Positions 8,059-17,166 of a stretch of DNA of 64,000 nucleotides are shown here, piece by piece (positions within the stretch are counted from its first letter, which is position 1; each line of letters starts with the position of its first letter). The stretch is from an uncultured Lachnospiraceae bacterium. GTDB lineage: Bacteria > Bacillota > Clostridia > TANB77 > CAG-508. Below the pieces are notes generated by a model. It ran no database searches and was not told the DNA's origin. It was given only the letters and a program-made list of their open reading frames with translations. The translations under genes and the position numbers were made by a program. The DNA lies in NCBI GenBank assembly GCA_964584475.1, contig CAZPAF010000005.1, forward strand, positions 13,998 through 77,997, written 5' to 3'.

Positions 8059-8289
8059 ATGAAATTAAGTGAATTAGAGATTGGACAAAAAGCGAAAGTT
8101 TTAAAGTTAAACATAGAAGATAAGCAAATAAAAAGACATCTTCTTGATATGGGAATTACAAGAGGAGCAAAAGTAAAAATTAAAAAAATTGCTCCAATGG
8201 GGGATCCAATAGATATAGAGTTAAGAGATTATCAGCTTTGTATAAGAAAAGCTGATTTAACTCAAATAGAAGTGGAGGTAATAAAATAA
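8059..8289 (+). CDS. feoA: Ferrous iron transport protein A (FeoA)
   Basis: MKLSELEIGQKAKVLKLN...LLDMGITRGAKVKIKKIAPMGDPIDIELRDYQLCIRKADL is the SH3-like FeoA pattern. GGAGG at 8046-8050. The stop overlaps the feoB ATG. Confidence 0.85.
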   Translation: MKLSELEIGQKAKVLKLNIEDKQIKRHLLDMGITRGAKVKIKKIAPMGDPIDIELRDYQLCIRKADLTQIEVEVIK

Positions 8290-10394
8290 TGAAAGTTGCT
8301 TTAGTAGGAAATCAAAATAGTGGAAAAACAACATTGTTTAATTATTTGACTGGAATGAATGCTAAAATAGGAAATTGGCCTGGAGTTACAATTGAAAAGA
8401 AATCTGGAAAAATAAAAGGAACAGAAAATGAAATAACAGACCTTCCAGGAATTTATTCTTTAAGTCCATATAGTACTGAAGAAGAAATTTCAAGACAATA
8501 TATTTTTGAAGAAAAACCAGATGTAATCATAAATATAGTTGACGCAACAGCAATAGAAAGAAGTTTATATTTAACAACTCAACTTATGGAATTAGATACA
8601 AAAGTAATAGTTGCTTTAAATATGGCTGATATGCTAGAGAAAAAAGGAATCACAATAGATGAGAAAGAATTAGAGAAAAAACTTGGAGTAAAAGTATTTA
8701 AAATATCGGCTCTAAAAGAAACAGGAATAGAAGAACTTATTAAAGAAATTAATGTGAAAGAAGATTTAAAAAGAGCTAATGTTTTTGATATAAACATAGA
8801 AGATGCAGCTAAAGTTTTAATAAATGATTTAAAACAAGAACATAGTAGATTCATAGCTATTAAACTATTGGAAAATGATAATAGATTTGAAAGATATCAA
8901 AATACAAGAATAAAAGAAATTACTAAAAAATTAGAAGAAAAATATGATACAGATTTAGAAGAAGTTGTTGCAACAGAAAGATACGAATTTGTTGAAAAAG
9001 TAAAAAAAGCTTCTGTAGTAAAAATAGAATCAAAAGAATCAGTAACAGATAAATTAGATAAAGTATTTTTAAATAAATGGATAGCGTTTCCAATATTTGC
9101 TCTAGTAATGTTTTTAGTTTATTACTTATCAGTTGGAGTAATAGGTAGTGCTACTGTAGATATGATTGGTTCTTTAACAGATTGTGTTTCAGAATGGACA
9201 TTAGGAGCATTAGAATCAATCGGAACTTCTGAAGTTTTAACAAGTTTAGTAATAGATGGAATCATCGCAGGATGTGGAGCTGTTCTTGGATTTGTTCCTC
9301 AGCTTATAATTTTATTCTTATGTATATCTCTTTTAGAAACAACAGGATATATGTCAAGAATTGCGCTTTTACTTGATAAATTATTTAGAAGAATTGGATT
9401 AAGTGGAAAAAGTTTAATTCCATTTATAGTAGGATCAGGATGTTCTGTTCCAGGAATTATGGGAGCTAGAATTATTGAAAATGAGGACGAGAGAAAAATG
9501 ACAACGATTCTTACTCCATTTATTCCATGTAGTGCAAAGCTACCAATAATTGCATTATTTGCAGGATATTTCTTTGAAGAAAATTCAGGATTTGTTTCGG
9601 CATCATTATATTTCTTTGCAATTATAGTTATTATAATTAGTGCAATATTGATGAAAAAATTCATATTTAGAAAAACTTCAAGTACATACATTTCAGAATT
9701 ACCCGATTATAAAGTGCCAAGCCCAAAATATGTTTTAAAAGATGTATTTGATAAAGTTATTGCTTTTATTAAAAGAGCAGGAAGTGTTATTTTACTTTGT
9801 TCAATAGTAATTTGGTTTTTATTATCATTCTCTTTTACAATGGAATATGGAGTAGATATAGAAGAAAGTATGCTGGCACAGATTGGAAATAAAATTTCTT
9901 GGATTTTCTATCCAATGCTTGGAGAGAATAATTGGGGAGCCGCTGTTTCTGCAATTCAAGGTTTAGTTGCTAAAGAACAAGTTGTATCTTCAATGGCTGT
10001 AATTGCCGGCTTAGCTGAAGATGTAGAAGAGGGTGCAGAAATTTTTGCTAAAGGTACAGCTTTTGGAACATTCACAGCTGCTTCTGCATACGCATTTATG
10101 GTATTTAACTTATTTAGTGCTCCATGCTTTGGTGCAATTGGTGCTATGAAAAGAGAACTTGGTGGAACTAAAAAAATGCTTAAAGCTGTAGCTTTCCAAA
10201 CAGTATTTGCATGGATTTTAGCTGTAGTAGTATATCAAATTGGAAGTAGAATAGAACAAGGAATTATAAATATGGCAAACATTCTTGTTGGAGGAATTAT
10301 TTTTGCTATAGTATTAGTTATAATAATTCGCATATTTAGTAAAAAAGAATCAGAATGTTCTAGTTGTCCATATTGTGACACTTGCAAAAAATAA
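8289..10394 (+). CDS. feoB: Ferrous iron transporter FeoB (N-terminal GTPase plus membrane permease), with a C-terminal Cys cluster
   Basis: GNQNSGKTTLFN (G1), DLPGIYSL and NMADM motifs, followed by a polytopic gate domain. The tail is ECSSCPYCDTCKK. Confidence 0.95.
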   Translation: MKVALVGNQNSGKTTLFNYLTGMNAKIGNWPGVTIEKKSGKIKGTENEITDLPGIYSLSPYSTEEEISRQYIFEEKPDVIINIVDATAIERSLYLTTQLMELDTKVIVALNMADMLEKKGITIDEKELEKKLGVKVFKISALKETGIEELIKEINVKEDLKRANVFDINIEDAAKVLINDLKQEHSRFIAIKLLENDNRFERYQNTRIKEITKKLEEKYDTDLEEVVATERYEFVEKVKKASVVKIESKESVTDKLDKVFLNKWIAFPIFALVMFLVYYLSVGVIGSATVDMIGSLTDCVSEWTLGALESIGTSEVLTSLVIDGIIAGCGAVLGFVPQLIILFLCISLLETTGYMSRIALLLDKLFRRIGLSGKSLIPFIVGSGCSVPGIMGARIIENEDERKMTTILTPFIPCSAKLPIIALFAGYFFEENSGFVSASLYFFAIIVIIISAILMKKFIFRKTSSTYISELPDYKVPSPKYVLKDVFDKVIAFIKRAGSVILLCSIVIWFLLSFSFTMEYGVDIEESMLAQIGNKISWIFYPMLGENNWGAAVSAIQGLVAKEQVVSSMAVIAGLAEDVEEGAEIFAKGTAFGTFTAASAYAFMVFNLFSAPCFGAIGAMKRELGGTKKMLKAVAFQTVFAWILAVVVYQIGSRIEQGIINMANILVGGIIFAIVLVIIIRIFSKKESECSSCPYCDTCKK

Positions 10395-10434
10395 ATTGCC
10401 CTTACTAAAAATTAATATATATGCCAAAAAACAG

Positions 10435-10476
10435 AGAAGAAGCCTAAATATTTTAAAGGTTTCTTTTTTGTTTTTG
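10435..10476 (+). terminator. Intrinsic terminator after feoB
   Basis: AGAAGCCT (10438-10445) pairs with AGGTTTCT (10457-10464) with one G-U, followed by TTTTTGTTTTT. Confidence 0.5.
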
Positions 10477-10503
10477 AGTAATTATGCTTTGTTTACATAA
10501 ATA

Positions 10504-10532
10504 TTGTAATTTTTAGGAAAATATGTTATAAT
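10504..10532 (+). promoter_or_regulatory. Sigma-A-type promoter with extended -10 (TTGTAA-17 nt-TGtTATAAT)
   Basis: TTGTAA 10504-10509 and TATAAT 10527-10532, with TG at 10524-10525. Confidence 0.5.
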
Positions 10533-10589
10533 AAAAGATGTGTGAAAAAGAGAAAACTAAAGCAAAGAAATGATTATGAAAGGATTATT

Positions 10590-11390
10590 ATGAGCGAAAA
10601 TTTAAATAGTAATAATAAAAATCTTTATGACAAAATTTTAAATGATATTGATAAAGAAATATCTAGCAAAAGTTTTGAAGAAAATTTAAAAAAAGTTCAA
10701 AAGATTGATTGCAATCATTACAAAGAAAAAGTGACAATAGATGAATTAAAAAAATTTTTAAAACAATATAAAGAATGTAAAAATACGCAATATGAAGAAA
10801 ATAAAATAATGATATTACAAAGAGGAAATCCAGAAATTATTTTTCAAGTTTGCTTAGAAATATTAAAAAATAAAATTATAGAAGTAACAATGGTAATACA
10901 AGATTTCTGTTTAGGACAAAATACTTTGATTATAGAAACAATAAATGAAATATTTAAACAAAATAACTTAAATAAAAAAATAAAACTAGAAAATTTATTA
11001 ACTGATAATAAAATACTAGAAAAGTCAAAGGAATTTAATAAAGTAATTTGTATTGGTGACAGTAATTTATATAATAGATTAGAAAACGAAATACTAAATT
11101 TAGAATTAAATCCTTATGGAATATTTGAAGTATATTCGGACTCAGAAGAATTTGAAGAGTTAGAAGAAACATTTTTTGAGTATTGTTATCAAAAAGAATT
11201 TGAAGCAGAAAATTACAGTGATTTAGAATTTGAGGATGCTGTAAGATTAATAAATAAGAATGGATATAAGTTCTCGGCAGTTTTATTTTCAAAAGATGAA
11301 GAAAAACAAAAAGAATTTAGAGAAAATGTAAAATCGAAACATGTAATTATAAACAAAAATCCATTTAAAGAAATAAAATTTAAATTATAA
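10590..11390 (+). CDS. Hypothetical protein; possible degenerate, truncated gamma-glutamyl-phosphate-reductase (ProA)/aldehyde-dehydrogenase-like fold
   Basis: Likely start ATG 10590 (MSENLNSNN...) after GAAAGGA. The C-terminus LEFEDAVRLINKNGYKFSAVLFSKDEEKQKEFRENVKSKHVIINKNPF resembles the ProA C-terminal region, but I cannot see a catalytic Cys segment. The product call is weak. Confidence 0.6.
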   Translation: MSENLNSNNKNLYDKILNDIDKEISSKSFEENLKKVQKIDCNHYKEKVTIDELKKFLKQYKECKNTQYEENKIMILQRGNPEIIFQVCLEILKNKIIEVTMVIQDFCLGQNTLIIETINEIFKQNNLNKKIKLENLLTDNKILEKSKEFNKVICIGDSNLYNRLENEILNLELNPYGIFEVYSDSEEFEELEETFFEYCYQKEFEAENYSDLEFEDAVRLINKNGYKFSAVLFSKDEEKQKEFRENVKSKHVIINKNPFKEIKFKL

Positions 11391-11407
11391 AAAAGGATGT
11401 TTAAAAT

Positions 11408-14218
11408 ATGGAAAGAAAAGTTCAAAGAATTAATATTGGGCAAGTTATAGCTTCACCAGTTTTAACTGGAACTAATGATCAATATATGTGGACAGGAATT
11501 GTAAGATCAGACGAAATTGATAAACATATAATTCCTGATGATAGACAAAGGGAAATCTTTGTAAAAAAGGTTAAAGAAATAGAACAAAAAGTTTTAAAAT
11601 ACAGAGGTATTTTTAGAACTTCTAATAGTGTACTAAAAATAAAAACTGATGAATCATTGGAGAATATTGAGAGGGATATATTAGAAGCTTGTAGAGAAAT
11701 AAAATCAATTATAAACAAACCAGATACCATAGGAATGGATATGGATTTATATTGGATTGCTTTATGTAGAGACTATGAAGAAATAAGACAAAAAAATCCA
11801 AATGAATTTTTAGCAATGAATAAAGATGCTAGAAAAAGCTTAGAAATCTTTAGAGAATATGTGAATAAAAATGATCCACCTGTTAGAGAAATGTATATTC
11901 CTGAAAAAAATAAATATGCTTGTGTTCAATTTTTAACTCGTGGACAAGAAGGCAAAATCCAAAAAGGAAAAGAAGGTAATATAGAAAGATTGCTAGGAGT
12001 TATTGAAAGTATTGCTGGTCAAAAAGATGTAGGTGGTATAGAAGGAACTGAAATTTTAAAAGAACTATGTGGAGCTCTTACATTAGCAGATTTACCTGTA
12101 ATTTTTCCAAGCAAAAAATATGCAGACATGCAATATATAACTGTATTTAAGAATTATTTAATTGGAAAAGGTTTTACATCAGAAGATATTGAAAGAATGT
12201 CTATTGAAGATATTGTTGAAGAAGCAATGAGAACTTATAACGAAGGAAGTTTTGAATTTCATTCAAGTTTAGTTGCAGATACAATTATAAATGGAATTAA
12301 TTATTTAGATTTAGAAAAAGTGATGTTACTTGCAGCAGCAAGACCATTAGAAGCCTATGAGCTAATGTCTCCAAAAGTTCAAAAAAATGAACAAGTAGAA
12401 TCTGAAATGGTTAAAATACTTTCTGAAAAAGAAGAAGAAGGTTTAGAAAAACTAGAATCATATCATGTAGAAGAAAGTCATTTATATGATGCAATTGAAA
12501 AAACAAGAAGAACAGAATTTATAGTTAGAAAAATTTTACAAAGTGGAATTATAGATAAAAGAACAAGAATAAAATTTATGTCAGGAGATGAAGAAAAAGA
12601 AATCTCTCTAAGAAGAATAGAAGAATTAATGCAAAACTTCTGTGATGGAGTATATTTATCTGATACAATGCAACTGGCTTTAGTATTTGATGCATATACA
12701 ACAGAAAATGCTATGCAAGAGCATTGGTCTGATGAATTAGTTAAAAGAATACGTATGTCAAATAATGATATGTATGTTTTATCTACAGTTAATTTCGAAA
12801 ATTTAAAAAGACTTTATTCACTAGGAAGAATGAATAAAGATCATATAGCAAATCTTGTTGCAGAAGCTTATAGTGGTGCTTTAGACGAAAATATTGAATT
12901 GACTTATGGAAATACAGAAGAACGTAAAAAAGAATTAATGAAACAAAATAATAGAAATCTTTTGAAAAATTTATATAATTCAAAAATTATTGATGAAAAA
13001 GATATAGCTAAATATTTTGATTTAGGAATAATATCAATTGAACAATTAGATACTTTAGAAGAAGATAAATCTCAAGAAGAAATAGATGCATTACAAAAAG
13101 CTTTAAAACAAGAATTTAATGATGACAGATTACTATTAAGCTATAAGAATTATATTGTTAAATATAATGAATTTGTAAAATTCCAAAAAGAACATCCAGA
13201 AGAAACAGAAAAAATAGAATCTCTAAGAGAAGAAGTAAATCATTTAAGAACAGAAAAAGAAAGATATAGACAAGTATTTAATAAATATAATAATATTCCA
13301 GAAACTGAAAAAGTAAGTTTTGGTGAAGATTTATTAGCAAAATATTATATTGAACTTGAAGTTTCAGAAGAAGATATGCAAGAATCAATAAAAGTACTAT
13401 ATGAAGATGGATTTATTAAATTAGAGAATATAATAAATATGGACAAACAAGAACAAAGATATTTGATTCCGATGTTAGACTCTTTAAGTATAGAAGATTC
13501 TGATATAGTAAGAAATAATATGACATTCGAAGAATTAACAAATATGATTGACAGTATATTTATTGATCCAAGCTTTAATGATGAAAGAAGATGGATTATT
13601 GTTATGAACTTACTTGGAGGAGAGACAGAAGAAGAGAAAAATGCAAGAGATGGATATTTAGAATTACTTGATTTTGATAATGAGACAGAAAGAAAAGCAA
13701 AATCAAAAGGAACAAGAAAAATTAAAAATCATGGTACTAAAGGAAATGATTCTGCTAAAAACATATATCCAGATACAGTAAAATGGAAATTTTATAGAGC
13801 TTTAGATAAAGACGCTAGAGTTACACGATATTCAAATGGATTTGTTGAATTTGCATCAAGCAGATTAGGAGTAAGAATTATTGAAAAATATTATGATGGA
13901 AATAGACCAGCATATGGTACTGCTACATATATTTTACCTGAAGATGAATACAGAAAAAATAATGGTGATTTGGTAACAATAATTCCAAATGGATTAATTC
14001 TTGAAAGTACAACTTTAAGAGAAATTACTCCAAGAAAAGATAGAATTGCACATATAACTAAAAGTGCAGATAAAACTTGGATGGACCAAATGGTAAGATA
14101 TTTTGGTATAGATTATGAAAGAGAAGAAGATTCAAGATATTCAAAACAAGAGTTAGAAGAATTGCAAGCTACAGTAAGTAAATATAAAACAAAATATGAT
14201 CCAGAAACTGAAAAATAA
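11408..14218 (+). CDS. Large (936 aa) hypothetical protein, predicted mostly helical and charged, with no motif I can recognise
   Basis: Long uninterrupted ORF, 17 nt after the previous gene. No Walker A, HExxH, nuclease or TM signatures seen. The C-terminal ~170 aa (YPDTVKWKFYRALDKDARVTRYSNGFVEFASSRLGVRIIEKYYDG...) look globular. Confidence 0.8.
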   Translation: MERKVQRINIGQVIASPVLTGTNDQYMWTGIVRSDEIDKHIIPDDRQREIFVKKVKEIEQKVLKYRGIFRTSNSVLKIKTDESLENIERDILEACREIKSIINKPDTIGMDMDLYWIALCRDYEEIRQKNPNEFLAMNKDARKSLEIFREYVNKNDPPVREMYIPEKNKYACVQFLTRGQEGKIQKGKEGNIERLLGVIESIAGQKDVGGIEGTEILKELCGALTLADLPVIFPSKKYADMQYITVFKNYLIGKGFTSEDIERMSIEDIVEEAMRTYNEGSFEFHSSLVADTIINGINYLDLEKVMLLAAARPLEAYELMSPKVQKNEQVESEMVKILSEKEEEGLEKLESYHVEESHLYDAIEKTRRTEFIVRKILQSGIIDKRTRIKFMSGDEEKEISLRRIEELMQNFCDGVYLSDTMQLALVFDAYTTENAMQEHWSDELVKRIRMSNNDMYVLSTVNFENLKRLYSLGRMNKDHIANLVAEAYSGALDENIELTYGNTEERKKELMKQNNRNLLKNLYNSKIIDEKDIAKYFDLGIISIEQLDTLEEDKSQEEIDALQKALKQEFNDDRLLLSYKNYIVKYNEFVKFQKEHPEETEKIESLREEVNHLRTEKERYRQVFNKYNNIPETEKVSFGEDLLAKYYIELEVSEEDMQESIKVLYEDGFIKLENIINMDKQEQRYLIPMLDSLSIEDSDIVRNNMTFEELTNMIDSIFIDPSFNDERRWIIVMNLLGGETEEEKNARDGYLELLDFDNETERKAKSKGTRKIKNHGTKGNDSAKNIYPDTVKWKFYRALDKDARVTRYSNGFVEFASSRLGVRIIEKYYDGNRPAYGTATYILPEDEYRKNNGDLVTIIPNGLILESTTLREITPRKDRIAHITKSADKTWMDQMVRYFGIDYEREEDSRYSKQELEELQATVSKYKTKYDPETEK

Positions 14219-14313
14219 TTGACTAAAACTTTTTATAAAAACTGTTGATTTTTATATTTTCTTATGGTACACTTAAATAGTTAATAACGGAAGAAAATTG
14301 GAGGTTATACAAA

Positions 14314-14562
14314 ATGAACGTAGTAAAATATATTTTAATGGCAATATACGCGGTAGTATGCGTAGCTTTAGTAGCTTTAATATTAAAACAAAATAAAGAT
14401 GACGCTGGAGCTTCAGGAACTATTGTTGGTGCCTCTGCAAATAATTTTTATGAGAAAAATAAAGGAAAAACAACAGAAGGTAAAATGAAAAGAGCAACAA
14501 TAATTTTAATGGTAACATTTGCAGTATTAACACTTGCTTTAGGAATTATATATGTTGTTTAG
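14314..14562 (+). CDS. secG: Preprotein translocase subunit SecG
   Basis: 82 aa with two TM helices and the central KQNKDDAGASG loop. It sits in the conserved position upstream of rnr. Confidence 0.8.
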   Translation: MNVVKYILMAIYAVVCVALVALILKQNKDDAGASGTIVGASANNFYEKNKGKTTEGKMKRATIILMVTFAVLTLALGIIYVV

Positions 14563-14580
14563 TATTTAAAATAAAATTAT

Positions 14581-14610
14581 GGGCAGTATTATACTATACT
14601 GTCCTTTTTT
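14581..14610 (+). terminator. Intrinsic terminator after secG
   Basis: GGGCAGTAT (14581-14589) pairs with ATACTGTCC (14596-14604), followed by T6. Confidence 0.65.
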
Positions 14611-14668
14611 ATATATATAAACATACTTAAGATTTTATATTCTAATAAACGGAATTTTAAGGAGAGAA

Positions 14669-16654
14669 ATGGGAAAGAAAAATAAGAAAAAACAAAATAT
14701 AGAAGGTATATTTAGAGCTAATGAAAAGGGGTTTGGATTTGTAGAAATAGAAAATCAAGAAGAAGACCTTTTTGTTCCTGCAAAACATGTAAATGGTGCC
14801 TTAAATGGTGATACAGTTAGAGTTTCAATTACAAAACCAAAAGAAGGAACAAAAAAAGCTGAAGTTAAAGTAATAAAAATAGTAAAAAGAGAAAGAGAAA
14901 CATTAGTTGGTATTTTTCAAGCTAACAAAAATTTTGGATTCGTAGTTCCAGATGACAAAAAATTTGGGACTGATGTTTTTGTGTCTAAAAACAAATGTAA
15001 AAATGCAAATAATAATGACAAAGTAATTGTAAAAATAATTAAATATCCAGAAAAAGGTAAAAATGCAGAAGGTGAAATTATTGAAGTTTTAGGAAACAGC
15101 AATCAAGCTGGAATTGATATGCTTTCTGTTATAAGAGAATTTGACCTTCCTAATGAATTTCCTGACTTTGTAAAAGAAGAAGCTAAAGCAATTTCACAAG
15201 TAATAGATGAAAGTGATATAAAAAATAGAAAAGACTTAAGAGGAGATACAATCTTTACAATAGATGGAGAAGATGCAAAAGATTTAGATGATGCAATAAA
15301 TGTTTACAAAAATAATGATGGAAATTATTGTCTAGATGTTCATATTGCAGATGTTAGTTATTATGTAAAAGATGGAAGTAAATTAGATAAAGAAGCAATA
15401 AAAAGAGGAACAAGTGTATACATGTTTGATAGAGTAATTCCTATGCTTCCATTTGAACTATCTAATGGGATTTGTAGCTTAAATGCAGGCGAGGATAGAT
15501 TTGCTCTTTCATGTAGTATGGAGATTGACAAAAAAGGAAATGTTATTTCTGGTGATGTTTATAAATCTGTAATAAAAGTTACTGAAAGAATGAGTTACAC
15601 AGATGTTAATAAAATATTAAATAATTTAGATGAGGAAGTTACTAAAAAATATAATAAATATATAGATAATTTTAAATTAATGGAAGAACTTGCTCTTATT
15701 TTAAAACAAAGAAGATTAGAACAAGGGTATTTAAATCTAGATATTCCAGAAAGTAAAATTATTTTAGATGAAAATGGAAAAGCAATAGAAGTAAAAAAAT
15801 ATGAAACAACTTTTGCAAATGAAATAATAGAACAATTTATGCTTACAGCAAATGAGACTGTTGCAGAAAAATTTTATTGGCTTGAAGCTCCATTTATCTA
15901 TAGAGTTCATGAAGAACCAGAATATGATAAAATACAAGAAACAAATAAATTCTTATTTAATATTGGTGAAAAAATTAATTGTTCTAAAGAATGCATTAAA
16001 CCAAAATCTTTTTCAGATGTTTTAGATAAATTAAAAGGAACAGAATATGAAAAAGTAATTTCAACTTTAATATTAAGAACATTAAAAGTTGCTAGATATG
16101 AAGCTGAAAACAAAGGGCATTTCGGTATAGCAAGCAAATATTATTGTCATTTTACTTCACCAATTAGAAGATATCCAGATCTTTTTATTCATAGAATTAT
16201 TTCAGAATATATCAAAAAAGGATATAATATAGATGAAGAAAGATTGTCTGATATGCGAACAAAAGCTGAAAAATATGCTGAAACTTCTAGTGAAACAGAA
16301 AAGTTAGCAACTAAAGCAGAACGTGAAGCTGAAGATATTAAAAAAGCTGAATTTATGGAAGATAAAATTGGAATGGAATATATGGGAATTGTATCTTCAA
16401 TTACAGCGTTTGGTATGTTTGTTGAACTTGAATCAACAGTTGAAGGTTTGATTCGTTTTGAAAATATGGGAAATGAATATTTTATTTATGATGAAAATAG
16501 AAAAACATTAACTGGAGAAAGAACAAACAGAAGATTTAAAATAGGTGATCAAGTAAAAATTGGAGTAATAGCAGCAAATAAAGCTTTAAGAAAGATTGCA
16601 TTTGAATTAGTAGAAGAACAAAAAGAAACAGAAGAAAATAGCGAAGAAATTTAA
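14669..16654 (+). CDS. rnr: Ribonuclease R (3'-5' exoribonuclease; cold-shock, RNB and S1 domains)
   Basis: FTIDGEDAKDLDDAI, HFGIASKYYCHFTSPIRRYPD, and a C-terminal S1 domain (GIVSSITAFGMFVEL). Confidence 0.95.
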   Translation: MGKKNKKKQNIEGIFRANEKGFGFVEIENQEEDLFVPAKHVNGALNGDTVRVSITKPKEGTKKAEVKVIKIVKRERETLVGIFQANKNFGFVVPDDKKFGTDVFVSKNKCKNANNNDKVIVKIIKYPEKGKNAEGEIIEVLGNSNQAGIDMLSVIREFDLPNEFPDFVKEEAKAISQVIDESDIKNRKDLRGDTIFTIDGEDAKDLDDAINVYKNNDGNYCLDVHIADVSYYVKDGSKLDKEAIKRGTSVYMFDRVIPMLPFELSNGICSLNAGEDRFALSCSMEIDKKGNVISGDVYKSVIKVTERMSYTDVNKILNNLDEEVTKKYNKYIDNFKLMEELALILKQRRLEQGYLNLDIPESKIILDENGKAIEVKKYETTFANEIIEQFMLTANETVAEKFYWLEAPFIYRVHEEPEYDKIQETNKFLFNIGEKINCSKECIKPKSFSDVLDKLKGTEYEKVISTLILRTLKVARYEAENKGHFGIASKYYCHFTSPIRRYPDLFIHRIISEYIKKGYNIDEERLSDMRTKAEKYAETSSETEKLATKAEREAEDIKKAEFMEDKIGMEYMGIVSSITAFGMFVELESTVEGLIRFENMGNEYFIYDENRKTLTGERTNRRFKIGDQVKIGVIAANKALRKIAFELVEEQKETEENSEEI

Positions 16655-16691
16655 AACTTAATAAAAATATTTAAATAAAGGGAAGAAAGTT

Positions 16692-17150
16692 ATGAAGAAA
16701 AAAGAAGATTCATTTATTCAAAAATTATTAAATATTATTAAAGCTAAAAAAGATAGTGAAGAAGTTAAAAAACTAAAAGACATTAAAAAGAAAATCAAAA
16801 AAGTAAAAACTATTGAAGAGTTCGAAGACTTAGAAGAAGAACTTGAAGAAATTGGTTTGGTTTTAAATAAAGATGCTATAGAAAAACTTAAGAAAAAGAA
16901 AAAGAAACGTTTGGAAAGAATGCAAAGACAAAGTTTTGAAGAACGTGTAAGATGTGATATGGAAATAATAAATAAAACAATTACAGTTGGAAAACTTTAT
17001 AAAGCAAAAGAAAGACAAAGACAAGAAAAAGACCTTATTCAAACAAGAGAAGAACGTGAAAAAAATGGTGGACAAAAAGATAAGGAAAGAGATAAGAAAA
17101 AAGAAGATAGAACTAGAAGTGGTGGCGGAAGAAGCAGAGATTTAAGATAG
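16692..17150 (+). CDS. Lys/Glu/Arg-rich hypothetical protein
   Basis: 152-aa highly charged ORF with an SD (AAAGGGAAG). No recognisable domain. Confidence 0.55.
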   Translation: MKKKEDSFIQKLLNIIKAKKDSEEVKKLKDIKKKIKKVKTIEEFEDLEEELEEIGLVLNKDAIEKLKKKKKKRLERMQRQSFEERVRCDMEIINKTITVGKLYKAKERQRQEKDLIQTREEREKNGGQKDKERDKKKEDRTRSGGGRSRDLR

Positions 17151-17166
17151 AAAATAAGAGGATAAA

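Noticed and set aside
7893-8114. N-terminal 74-aa extension of the TetR ORF as drawn in the track (7290-8114)
   Set aside because: The extension runs through the feoA promoter, SD and start. The canonical TetR HTH begins right after the internal ATG at 7892, which has its own SD.
8579-9691. Minus-strand ORFs of 91 and 130 aa inside feoB. There are similar antisense ORFs inside the ligase gene (24565-25005), der (55186-55638), the adenosine-deaminase fusion gene (50741-51259) and elsewhere.
   Set aside because: All lie fully within, and antisense to, genes with unambiguous family motifs. Their sequences are low-complexity Ser/Phe/Ile-rich translations typical of the reverse strand of AT-rich coding DNA.
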